Positions 28,392 through 36,614 of a DNA stretch of 64,000 nucleotides are shown here, piece after piece. Origin of the DNA: Pirellulales bacterium (GTDB lineage: Bacteria > Planctomycetota > Planctomycetia > Pirellulales > UBA1268); NCBI GenBank assembly GCA_044360305.1, contig JBIKKQ010000001.1, forward strand, positions 6,760 to 70,759, written 5' to 3'. Positions within the stretch are counted from its first letter, which is position 1. Every line of letters begins with the position of its first letter. A model generated the notes under the pieces. It searched no databases. It was given only the letters and a program-made list of their open reading frames with translations, and was not told the DNA's origin. The translations under genes were made by a program, and so were the position numbers.

Positions 28392-29273
28392 TCAGCTGTC
28401 GGGTAGTTCCAGGGGCACGAACTCCTTCTCTTCGTATGTCCGATCTGTGTCGAAGAACTCCACCTCCTGGACCTTTTCCTCCGGGGGATCTGCTTCGTCC
28501 TCGTATTTCCCAACTTCTTCGTATGTCGGAGGCGCGAATGGGTCGGGGGTGAAGCGAAGATTCGGACAGGCTTCACGCAGGAGGTACGGAATCGTCGGTG
28601 GTTCGATGTTCGACCCGATATGAAGCTCCTGTAGTTGTGGCATTGCTTTGAATATCGGCAGGAGCCCGGGACTAACGGCCAGATTGTCTACATGAAGTAC
28701 CTGCAGGTGCGGCAGCCGCGCGAGAGGTTCGAGCTCCTCTGCCGTGACGGAGGCTTCAACGAACACGCTCCGCAGTGTCTTGATCTCCGCGAGCGCCTGA
28801 AAGACGTCGATTGCGGGTTTCTTACGGTCATAGCATCCGATGCCGATCGTTTCGAGGGCGGGGCAGCTTCCGAGAGATCGAACGTCAGCGGGAGAGACTT
28901 CGGTTTCGATCCACAGTCGCGAGAGACGCGGCAACCGAGCCAAAGAAGCCAGTACGCCCGGATCGAGCCGCCCTGACACGGAGAGTTGCTCGATATGCCG
29001 CGCCCGCGCGAGGTCGTTTGCGTCTCGGACCGTGAGTCCGTGCTCGGCATGAATTTTCGTCCATGCAGGCTTGTACTGCAACGGCCAGATGTAACGCAAC
29101 CGGTGCGTCGAAATGCGTGTGCTGTGTCCGCTGTGGCCGTTCTCCCAGCCGAGTTCCCGCAGCCGGAAGTCGATGTACCACGGCCAGGCCAACCGAAGTG
29201 CGAGCAACAAGCACGCGACAACGACCGCGGCAGTGAAGATGAAGACGGGCCATCTGGAAGTGACGGGAGTCAT
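28392..29273 (-). CDS. Membrane-anchored LRR-like (RNI-type) repeat protein, paralog 1
   Basis: Start at MTPVTSRWPVFIFTAAVVVACLLLALRLAWPWYIDFRLRELGWENG (29273), by analogy with paralog 2. It has one N-terminal TM helix. Repeats of ~25-28 aa follow: LARLPRLSRLWIE..., LAEIKTLRSVFVE..., LARLPHLQVLHVD..., AMPQLQELHIG. Confidence 0.75.
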   Translation of the reverse strand: MTPVTSRWPVFIFTAAVVVACLLLALRLAWPWYIDFRLRELGWENGHSGHSTRISTHRLRYIWPLQYKPAWTKIHAEHGLTVRDANDLARARHIEQLSVSGRLDPGVLASLARLPRLSRLWIETEVSPADVRSLGSCPALETIGIGCYDRKKPAIDVFQALAEIKTLRSVFVEASVTAEELEPLARLPHLQVLHVDNLAVSPGLLPIFKAMPQLQELHIGSNIEPPTIPYLLREACPNLRFTPDPFAPPTYEEVGKYEDEADPPEEKVQEVEFFDTDRTYEEKEFVPLELPDS

Positions 29274-29381
29274 GGGCTGATCACAGAGGGCCATCGGCGA
29301 GCGAGAGCGACCGACCACAACATGGTCAAGGGTCCTGTTCGTAAGCCAGGGTGACGCTGTGGCTTTCGTAGCGGCTGAACG

Positions 29382-29414
29382 TGCCCAGATTTGGTGCCTG
29401 GCACCTTTATCCTC
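29382..29414. repeat. Conserved 33-nt element, copy B (20 nt downstream of the LRR paralog 2 stop)
   Basis: TGCCCAGATTTGGTGCCTGGCACCTTTATCCTC. It contains the perfect palindrome GGTGCC-T-GGCACC. Confidence 0.8.
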
Positions 29415-29433
29415 CTCAGGAGTCGTGGCCCGC

Positions 29434-30285
29434 TCACTCCTGCAACGGCGAAGGGTTGTCTTGCTGTTCGAAGACGGTTTCGTCGTAGTTGGAGTCCGAC
29501 AAAGGCCCGCCGTCATCCGGCAACACCTTGAGCTTTGGGCAGGCATGCCGCAGCTCAGGGGCAAGATCCGGATATACGTTGCCACCGCCGAGGCCGACTT
29601 GTTGGAGTTGCGGCATGCCTTGGAATACCCGCGCCAGCCCTGGACTGGGCCGGAGACCCGGCACAATCAGAAAACGAAGGTTCGGCAGCCGCGACAATGG
29701 CTCGAGTTCTTCGGCCGTCACAGACGAGCCGATGACCACTCGCCGGAGCGTCTTGATTTCGGCTAGTGCCGCATAGAAATCCATCCCCTGCCCATCACTG
29801 CTGTCAACGTAGATCGACTCGAGGGACTGCGAGTCGCGTAGGTCACGTAGATCCTCTCCGCGGACATCCGTAATGAGTGACAGGTGCAGTAGGCGTGGCA
29901 GTCGAACTAAAGGAGCCAATGTGCCTGGGAGGATACGGCCGTCTACATGCAGTTTTTCGATTTGCCCAGCTCGCGACAGGTCTTTGGCGTCGCGACTTGT
30001 GAGACCGGCGCGGGCGTAGACCTCCTTCCATTCCGGTTTGTACCGCAACGGCCATGTGTAATGAATCTGCTGGCCGCCCCTGTAGACCGCGCTGCGCGAA
30101 CTGTAGGCAGCACCGCCGGGATTGAAGACCGCACTGCCCGGTTTATCCCCATTCTCCCAACCCAACCTCCCGAGACTGAGCTCGACGTACCACGGCCAGG
30201 CCCACTGTGTCCCGAAAATAATGGTCACCGCAAGCACGCCGGCGCCGGCCAGCAACCCGCGCCATCTCGAGGTGATTCGCTTCAT
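29434..30285 (-). CDS. Membrane-anchored LRR-like (RNI-type) repeat protein, paralog 2
   Basis: MKRITSRWRGLLAGAGVLAVTIIFGTQWAWPWYVELSLGRLGWENG...YTWPLRYKPEWKEVYARAGLTSRDAKDL...LAEIKTLRRVVIGSSVTAEELEPLSRLPNLRFL. Collinear with paralog 1. Confidence 0.8.
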   Translation of the reverse strand: MKRITSRWRGLLAGAGVLAVTIIFGTQWAWPWYVELSLGRLGWENGDKPGSAVFNPGGAAYSSRSAVYRGGQQIHYTWPLRYKPEWKEVYARAGLTSRDAKDLSRAGQIEKLHVDGRILPGTLAPLVRLPRLLHLSLITDVRGEDLRDLRDSQSLESIYVDSSDGQGMDFYAALAEIKTLRRVVIGSSVTAEELEPLSRLPNLRFLIVPGLRPSPGLARVFQGMPQLQQVGLGGGNVYPDLAPELRHACPKLKVLPDDGGPLSDSNYDETVFEQQDNPSPLQE

Positions 30286-30345
30286 CGGCTGAAGGGCCTT
30301 GGACTCACGCGACCTGAGCGGCCGCTTGGGGAAGGTGCACCGGGC

Positions 30346-30654
30346 TTACTTGACCTTCACGGTCTGGCTGAAACTTTCGTACGTGCTTTCGATTTCATCC
30401 GTTGTGGCTACGACCGACCACCGAATCGGCTCGTCTGACCAGCGTACGATGTCGGCCCATTGGTCCTTCGTCGGAGTCCACGACACCTCCAGCGGCAGAT
30501 CATTCGGCAGATTTGCAGGTTTGGGAATCTCGGTGCTGCCGCGGACGCTGATCCGGAGGCCTTGTGCGTTATAGAACCGGAGTTCGACGGTTCTGAACAG
30601 CCACTGGTCGGGACGTTTCACGCCGGGGACCCTTTCCAGCCCCAGCCGGGGCAC
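30346..30654 (-). CDS. Hypothetical 102-aa protein (no signal peptide)
   Basis: Only sizeable ORF in a lower-GC stretch, on the same strand as the neighbours. MPRLGLERVPGVKRPDQWLFRTVELRFYNAQGLRISVRGSTEIPKPANLPNDLPLEVSWTPTKDQW... Confidence 0.55.
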   Translation of the reverse strand: MPRLGLERVPGVKRPDQWLFRTVELRFYNAQGLRISVRGSTEIPKPANLPNDLPLEVSWTPTKDQWADIVRWSDEPIRWSVVATTDEIESTYESFSQTVKVK

Positions 30655-30740
30655 GAGGATTCTCTCACAAGACCTGGGTCAAGATTTGGGGAGGGGGTCA
30701 CTCTGGCCGAACTTTCCTTCGGTGAGCCGTACGTCGCGCA

Positions 30741-31298
30741 TCATTTCTTGTCTCGGTCCGGCTCACTGGCCTTGGGCTTGGGAAGTGCCAGCACGGCCTT
30801 GGACAATTCCTCGGCCGTCTTCGCCTCGATTACCGGAATGTCCTTCACGTCGATAGTGAACGGCTCGTACCCGGCCGCCACCATGCGCTCGTGAGCCACC
30901 TCCTCCTGCTTCTCCCCTGAGCGCAATTTGGCGAGCCCGTACACGAAGGTGACATCCCCCTTCTCGGGCAACTTCGCCCACACCAGGACCACCGAGACGC
31001 CCAACTCCCCGGCGAAGTCCGGCGTGGTGCCGTCGGCCCAAAACACGTCGGTCCCGACCCGCCCGTTCAGCGACCAGTACACGCCAGTCGTCCCACTCAC
31101 CCCAACTGCGGTGCCCGGCCTCACCCGCACAGCGAGGAGGTGGTACGTCCGACCGCCGGACTCCAGGGTCTTCCCCGCGACCTTCGCGACGGCGGTGATG
31201 GACTCGATGTCGGGTCTCCCGGCGTCCGGCTTCGGAGCTTGTGCGGTGGCGACCGCCGCGGTCATCGCGGCGAGGCTAAGTGCTAAACTCGATGTCAT
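30741..31298 (-). CDS. Secreted hypothetical protein (~185 aa) overlapping the end of the giant gene
   Basis: The ATG at 31298 gives MTSSLALSLAAMTAAVATAQA|PKP (Sec signal-like). It overlaps the last 23 nt of the upstream 1546-aa ORF (stop at 31276-31278). Confidence 0.65.
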   Translation of the reverse strand: MTSSLALSLAAMTAAVATAQAPKPDAGRPDIESITAVAKVAGKTLESGGRTYHLLAVRVRPGTAVGVSGTTGVYWSLNGRVGTDVFWADGTTPDFAGELGVSVVLVWAKLPEKGDVTFVYGLAKLRSGEKQEEVAHERMVAAGYEPFTIDVKDIPVIEAKTAEELSKAVLALPKPKASEPDRDKK

Positions 31299-34200
31299 CG
31301 AAGATCGCCCTCCCGGTGGCGGTGCGGTCGAACACAAACCGCACCTTAGTTATGGCCGACGAATCGAACGCCCGGCCGTTCGTCTTCAGGGCAGCCAGGT
31401 CGACTCTGTAAGTTTGCATCGCCGTTTTCGTGATGTTGTCGGGATCGACTTTGTACGGCCCGATCCGAGCCGCTGAGGGTACGGTCAACCCCCCGAGCCG
31501 GCCCACGTCGAAGTACACACTGTTGCCCGAGGCGTCGATCAACTCGGCCGTGAGCGACGTGGGGGTCGTGATCGACCGGTGCAGGCCCGCCCGGAACGAC
31601 AGGAACTTGGTGGTCGTAGCATCAACCCCGCCGAGAGGAGTTTGCTCGTAGTAACCCGTTCCGCCTCTGGCCTTGTTGTCCCACGCCAGTTCTACTCCAA
31701 TCTCCGTCGTGCCCTGGTAGTACCCCTCCGCGTTGTTGTCGAGCGAAGTATCGACCGCCGCTGCCGGAGCGGCTGGGGTGACGAGCCGCTCGCTCTTCGT
31801 AGACCCTCCGGAACTCGTATCGCCGAACTTGGGCTTGGCCTGGAAGTCGTCCAGCACACGCGCGGTGGACCGGTGGAACTGGGTCACGATCGGGTTGGGC
31901 ACGGCCGCCGCAGACAGCTTGGGGCCGATTTGCGCGGCAGGCCGACTGAAATACTCGAGGTACGGCCCCCCCCAGATCCACGCCAGCGTGTATCCGGCGA
32001 GGAGGTTCTCGTGGTACGCTCGGTCCTCGAGCCCGCCCCCAACCGCGTACACCCCGACCGTGCCCCCCGCCGGCGTGCCCATCCCCCCGCGGAGATCGAC
32101 GACGTCGAACGCTCCGTCGATCGTGCTCTTCGCGTCGTTGTACGGCCACGACCTGTTGAACAGATTGTGGCTCACGCCCGGGACGAACAGCGATGCCTTG
32201 ACCGTTGTGGCCCTCGCGGCGTCGTACAGCTTCAAGCCGCCGGCGTAGTCGACGTCGCCGTCGGCCGCCCCGTGGATACTGAGATAAGGCCTCGCCCCGA
32301 CCGATTGTTCTCGGAAAGCGGTGGGGGCCAGCGAGATGACCCGCGAGATTGCGAACGGGGCGATCTTTCCACCGGGGGCAGCGGCCGCGAACGGTCCGGT
32401 CAGCGTGTCCACCATGTTCGCCAGTTCCACCACCGCCTCCCCGCCACGAGAATGCCCCAGCAGGGTCACATCGGCGAAGTCAATGTGACCCTCGATCTTA
32501 CTGCCACTCCCTGCGGCGTTCATCGCACGAATCCGATCGACGTTTTTGGCAGCTGCGTATGCCCGAACCAGGATACCCGGACCCCACCTGTAATACCGGT
32601 CAAGATCGACGCTGACGGACGCATACCCCTGCTGAGCTAGCCGCTCCTGGAGGTACGTGTAGCCCAGGTAGTTTTCGTCGCTGGTGATCGCGTCGGCCTG
32701 AGCCGCTGTGAGGGCGCCCGCGGCTACCCCTGACAGTGCCGTGCTTCGCGGTAAGTGGTTCCCGTGGAGGATGACGACCAGCGGGAACGGCCCTCCAGGC
32801 GCGGCGGGGGCCTTCTCAACCGGCATCGCGGCCCCGACAAGAGGAGTCGGGTAGTACACGCGGCCATGGATCCAGTGGTCGGTGACCGTCCCGGGGAATC
32901 CGTCGTAGCCGGCGGGTGTGGTGAATTGGTCAGCCGCTTTGGCCGTAGCTCCGCTGCTCCCGTAGTCGATGTACCCGGCGTCGTAAGCGGCCGGCTTCTT
33001 GAGCGGGTCATATACGATCTGCACCTCGGCATCTTTCGGGTTCGTCGTGAACACCCCCACGATGTCCCCTGGGTCCAGTTGCCCGTTCTGGCCGGGCTCG
33101 CCTTTGTCGTCTGCGATGTCGATCACCACGTCATACTGCCCCACGGGAGCATGGTCGGTGAGCGTCCGCGTATTCGCGGCGAGCGACACCGCACTGAGCG
33201 GGGCGGTCGGTGTCACGCTTACGTTCTTCGACGCGTACGTGCCGTCCGCGGCCCATTGGGCAGGTGTCCGTGTGGGGTGGATCAGGAACCTCGCTTGTGG
33301 TCCGCCCGCCAGCGTCTCGTAGCCGGTCAACTGCGACCACGTCGCGGGGTCCAGCGCGATCGAGACGGGCTGCGTGTGGTTGAACGTATGCACGTACTGG
33401 AAGTCGGGCGCGCCGCTCAGCGGAATGCCGGCCAGGCCGGCGACGTCTGTCACTCGGAAGGCGACCCGATCGGTCTGAATCACGCGGCCACGGTACGTGT
33501 ACTCCACAAGGACATCCGATATGCCGCCTTTCGTGCTGCCGCCGACCAGGAACCGCTTGGCCGGGGCCGCGGCGGTCAACTCGGCGGCGGGTACTTGTGT
33601 CGCGGGCGACGCCTTCTTGCCGTCTGCCGTCCACAGGTCGAGCGAGCGCGTGGTGACCGAGATCGCGCCGCGGGCCGACGGGACCGTGGCCGCCACCTTC
33701 AGCGGCAGCATCAGGTACTTGTTCTGTGCGAACGTGGCTTCGTCAACGTTCACCGGGTTGTATCGCACGGTCGAGGGGTTGGTCGCCTCGGTGTTGTCGT
33801 CTACCCCGAATGCCGCCAGGTCGAAGTACACCGCCGTCGCCTTGTCCGCAACCTTTGCATTGGGGAAGCTGGCCGGGATCGGGGCGTACTCGGCCGCCAG
33901 AACAGGGTTGGCCGCGTCACGCCGGAAGTGGGGCATTGTCGGCGCTCCGGCAGCCGGCGTGCCGGCTGCGTCGACGACAACGAACTGGGTTCCCCCGACC
34001 TGGTCGAGCGTGAGCGATGACCACGCCTTCGCTTTCCCGTCGGAGCCATTCATCCACAGGGGCGTGGGGAGTGTCAGCACGGCGTCGCCGGCCGCGGCGA
34101 GCGCCGGAGCGACGCGGAATCGGTACAAGGCCCCGCTCGGCACGGCGTCGGGTTGGGCGGATGCAGCGGCACCGAGATTGATCGGAGCGAGGTAATTCTG

Positions 34201-35916
34201 CCCCTTGGCGGCGTCGAAACGCACCTCCAAGATCAGCTCCTCGTACCCGGTCCGGCCGGCTGAGTTGGTCGCCCTGAACAGGTATCGTTTCCGTGTCCCG
34301 AGGGGAAGTGTGCGAAGCGCGTCAAGCCCGGCCAACTCGTACCGCTTCGATACCGACGAGGAGAAAACCCCGCCCGCTTGACCGTCCGGCGCCACCTCGA
34401 GCGGCGTCCACGCATTTCCATCGATCGAGACGGCAATCTGGGGGACCGGGCCGAGCCGATCACGGGCGACCAGCGTGCGCTCGGCGAACTCGTACGTCGC
34501 CCCGGCGAGGTTGTCGGGGGTCAGGTCGGGAACCGTTACCACCGGGTTTGGCCGGTATCGCGACACCATGTCGCCGGCGTCCTCCCAGGCGTCACCCGCC
34601 TTTCGCTGGATGTCGAGGTCGGCCACCGTGCCCCGCACCGCGTCCGTCAGGTTTCCGATCCCGGCCGGTGCCCCTTCGAGCGTGACCGTGATTCGGGTGT
34701 CGCCGGCGGCGGCACTGGCCTGGACGGTCTCGAGGTAGAACGTGATCGTTTGCCTGGCCGTGACGGCAGGGTCCAGCCCGAGTTGGGCGAGCGTGTACCT
34801 TCCGGGAGCCACGTAGTCACCCCCGCCGGTCTTGATCGATTTGTCGAACGCCGCTGCATTCCGCAGCGTCGCCCCCGGCTTGGCCCAGAGCCGCGCAGTT
34901 CCCGGTGCCGGCGAATACACATCGGTGGCCCTGTCGTAAGTGACGGCGAGCGGGTTCGAGCCCTTGTAGTCGATGACAACGACCGCCTGGCTGAGGTCGA
35001 TCGAACCGGTCGGAAGCGTGAGGACGACGGGAACGAATTCCTCCGCCACAGTGGCACGCGCGACCGCGTCTTTGTCGGCGGCATCCATGTCGGGGAGGTC
35101 CAGACCGTAGCCGTCCGCGAAGTCCGGGACAAAGTCACCGTCCTTGTCCTCGTCGTTGACGGCCACCACCTTGCCCGGTCCCGTGTCTTCGATCCTGTCA
35201 TCTTTCCCGGCCGGGCTGTTGTCGGGGTCGATCGCGCCGTCGTTGTTGGAATCCACGTCGAGATCGACGGACGGCAGCGTCAGGTCGGCCCCGAAGACGA
35301 CGTTGTTGGTGCCGAGGCCGTTGAGGGACACGGTGACCCTGTCGCCGATCGGGCCGACGCCGGCCTTGTTTGGAAAGAACGCCTTGTAGGCCGACGCCGG
35401 GTCGGCAGAGCCGTAGAGCTTCGGGATCGCCGTCATGTCGACAAACATCTGGTAGCTCTTGGCCGCGGGCTGGGCGAAGGCGCGGAAGGCGAAGTCGTAG
35501 CTCGTGCCGCTGCCGACGCCGCCGGGCAGCTGGACGGTGGCGGCGGGCAGTTGGCCGGTGGCGGCTTCACGCACGTTGATCGCGGACCCGCGCCAGGAGG
35601 CACTGCCCTCGAACTGGACGGTGAAATCGCCCGGTTCGGCGTAGGTGCTGAAGCTCGTGCGGCCGTCGTTATTGAGCCTGATGGTGCGGCCGTCGCTGTC
35701 CTTTTCGAACGAGGCCGGCTGGTAGCTGTCGTTGTCGAGGTCGAAGCGGATCGTGGGCGAGAAACCGGCGATGCTGCCGTCACTGGCCGTGGCCCGGACG
35801 CCGATGCCGAGGATCGTATTGCCCGCCTCAAAGGCTCCGGCAGAGACGCGAATCTCCCTCCCGCCGGGAATCGGAGCGAACCGCCCTGCAATGAATCCGT
35901 CGGGCGCGGGAGCCAC
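31276..35916 (-). CDS. Giant exported protein body: Asp-rich Ca-binding-like motifs, beta-rich repeats, alpha/beta-hydrolase domain (GHSRG) and C-terminal beta-sandwich-like domain
   Basis: Uninterrupted 1546-codon frame from the GTG at 35916. Hydrolase hallmarks: PFPLVVILHGNH (about 32761-32796), nucleophile elbow VTLLGHSRGGEAV (Ser codon 32449-32451), HGAADGDVD, PGVSHNLFN (about 32161-32190). Asp-rich VDLDVDSNNDGAIDPDNSPAGKDDRIED...VNDEDKDGDFVPDFADGYG. The frame stays open and protein-like upstream to an in-frame TGA at 36049-36051. Confidence 0.8.
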   Translation of the reverse strand: MAPAPDGFIAGRFAPIPGGREIRVSAGAFEAGNTILGIGVRATASDGSIAGFSPTIRFDLDNDSYQPASFEKDSDGRTIRLNNDGRTSFSTYAEPGDFTVQFEGSASWRGSAINVREAATGQLPAATVQLPGGVGSGTSYDFAFRAFAQPAAKSYQMFVDMTAIPKLYGSADPASAYKAFFPNKAGVGPIGDRVTVSLNGLGTNNVVFGADLTLPSVDLDVDSNNDGAIDPDNSPAGKDDRIEDTGPGKVVAVNDEDKDGDFVPDFADGYGLDLPDMDAADKDAVARATVAEEFVPVVLTLPTGSIDLSQAVVVIDYKGSNPLAVTYDRATDVYSPAPGTARLWAKPGATLRNAAAFDKSIKTGGGDYVAPGRYTLAQLGLDPAVTARQTITFYLETVQASAAAGDTRITVTLEGAPAGIGNLTDAVRGTVADLDIQRKAGDAWEDAGDMVSRYRPNPVVTVPDLTPDNLAGATYEFAERTLVARDRLGPVPQIAVSIDGNAWTPLEVAPDGQAGGVFSSSVSKRYELAGLDALRTLPLGTRKRYLFRATNSAGRTGYEELILEVRFDAAKGQNYLAPINLGAAASAQPDAVPSGALYRFRVAPALAAAGDAVLTLPTPLWMNGSDGKAKAWSSLTLDQVGGTQFVVVDAAGTPAAGAPTMPHFRRDAANPVLAAEYAPIPASFPNAKVADKATAVYFDLAAFGVDDNTEATNPSTVRYNPVNVDEATFAQNKYLMLPLKVAATVPSARGAISVTTRSLDLWTADGKKASPATQVPAAELTAAAPAKRFLVGGSTKGGISDVLVEYTYRGRVIQTDRVAFRVTDVAGLAGIPLSGAPDFQYVHTFNHTQPVSIALDPATWSQLTGYETLAGGPQARFLIHPTRTPAQWAADGTYASKNVSVTPTAPLSAVSLAANTRTLTDHAPVGQYDVVIDIADDKGEPGQNGQLDPGDIVGVFTTNPKDAEVQIVYDPLKKPAAYDAGYIDYGSSGATAKAADQFTTPAGYDGFPGTVTDHWIHGRVYYPTPLVGAAMPVEKAPAAPGGPFPLVVILHGNHLPRSTALSGVAAGALTAAQADAITSDENYLGYTYLQERLAQQGYASVSVDLDRYYRWGPGILVRAYAAAKNVDRIRAMNAAGSGSKIEGHIDFADVTLLGHSRGGEAVVELANMVDTLTGPFAAAAPGGKIAPFAISRVISLAPTAFREQSVGARPYLSIHGAADGDVDYAGGLKLYDAARATTVKASLFVPGVSHNLFNRSWPYNDAKSTIDGAFDVVDLRGGMGTPAGGTVGVYAVGGGLEDRAYHENLLAGYTLAWIWGGPYLEYFSRPAAQIGPKLSAAAVPNPIVTQFHRSTARVLDDFQAKPKFGDTSSGGSTKSERLVTPAAPAAAVDTSLDNNAEGYYQGTTEIGVELAWDNKARGGTGYYEQTPLGGVDATTTKFLSFRAGLHRSITTPTSLTAELIDASGNSVYFDVGRLGGLTVPSAARIGPYKVDPDNITKTAMQTYRVDLAALKTNGRAFDSSAITKVRFVFDRTATGRAIFDDIEFST

Positions 35917-36048
35917 GGCTTTGACCGGGTCTCCGCTGATCGCGTCGCCGGCGAACGCGAACGTGGCGGTGTAGACCTCGTAGGTGTCCCTGCCCGTCGT
36001 TCCACCGGAACCGTAGATGCCGCCTGCGGTGGAGAGCCCGCGGCTCGT

Positions 36049-36234
36049 TCAGCAGGTCCAGGAGAGCCCGCCGTCAATGGCCACGCCGGCGAGCATGGCG
36101 CGGGATTCGAGCGGTTCGGCGCCGATGGGCCGGCGGCTCAGGCTGCGGGCGGAGCGACGGCGCCGCGGCTGGGCCGTGCGGCCAACGAACGCGGCGATAA
36201 GCGAACGGGAACGGCGGGAAAGGTTGCGAAGCAT
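36049..36234 (-). CDS. Detached N-terminal leader of the giant gene (61 codons ending at an in-frame TGA)
   Basis: MLRNLSRRSRSLIAAFVGRTAQPRRRRSARSLSRRPIGAEPLESRAMLAGVAIDGGLSWTC*. It is in the same frame as 31276..35916, exactly 44 codons upstream of its GTG. I recognise the ...EPLE.R.MLAG motif from N-termini of large planctomycetal exported proteins. Confidence 0.55.
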   Translation of the reverse strand: MLRNLSRRSRSLIAAFVGRTAQPRRRRSARSLSRRPIGAEPLESRAMLAGVAIDGGLSWTC

Positions 36235-36385
36235 TGGTGTACCGAAGGCAGGAGGAAAACAGGCAGGCATCGGCGGGGCGGCGAGGATCCCCCGCACGTG
36301 CACGATCAGCGCGTGACGTGGCGCGAGGGCCTCGCTCGCGGGACGGTAACGTACCGGGCGGGGGGGGCGTCAATGGGCCGCCGAT

Positions 36386-36404
36386 GAAATCTCGATGAGA
36401 TTTC
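36386..36404. promoter_or_regulatory. AT-rich perfect palindrome GAAATCTC-GAT-GAGATTTC upstream of the island operon
   Basis: Read directly. It lies ~150 nt upstream of the leader ATG (36234) and ~20 nt from the right island repeat. Confidence 0.35.
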
Positions 36405-36423
36405 GCTTCAGGCCCGCGAAGGC

Positions 36424-36593
36424 TGCCGATCCCGACCCGCGAGCATGGCGACGCCGGGCGGACGGCCGCCAACTACGATGATCCGGCCGCGGCCCCGTAT
36501 CTCGAGGCCATCTGCACGCGGCTGGTCGGCAATCTCGCCGCGGCGACGGCAGCCCGACCGCCGCTCCCCGCGCTGCCCGTGCTCTGATACGCG
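36424..36593 (+). pseudogene. Right copy of the flanking repeat: orphan 3' fragment of an mrp/apbC allele
   Basis: Encodes ...REHGDAGRTAANYDDPAAAPYLEAICTRLVGNLAAATAARPPLPALPVL*, versus ...PYFEAICARLVGTLAAATAARPPLPSLPVL* in the intact gene. Same stop position. 7 of the 11 substitutions I counted are synonymous. Confidence 0.8.
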
Positions 36594-36614
36594 AACGGTC
36601 CCGGGCGGGCCCCG

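Noticed and set aside
36034-36051. Reading the in-frame TGA (preceded by TGC, i.e. Cys-TGA) as selenocysteine, with the downstream hairpin GAGCC-GCG-GGCTC as a SECIS
   Set aside because: The hairpin has only a 5-bp stem starting 2 nt after the TGA. It is far smaller than, and differently placed from, bacterial SECIS elements. No redox motif context and no sel genes are visible. A nonsense mutation or sequencing error is more parsimonious.
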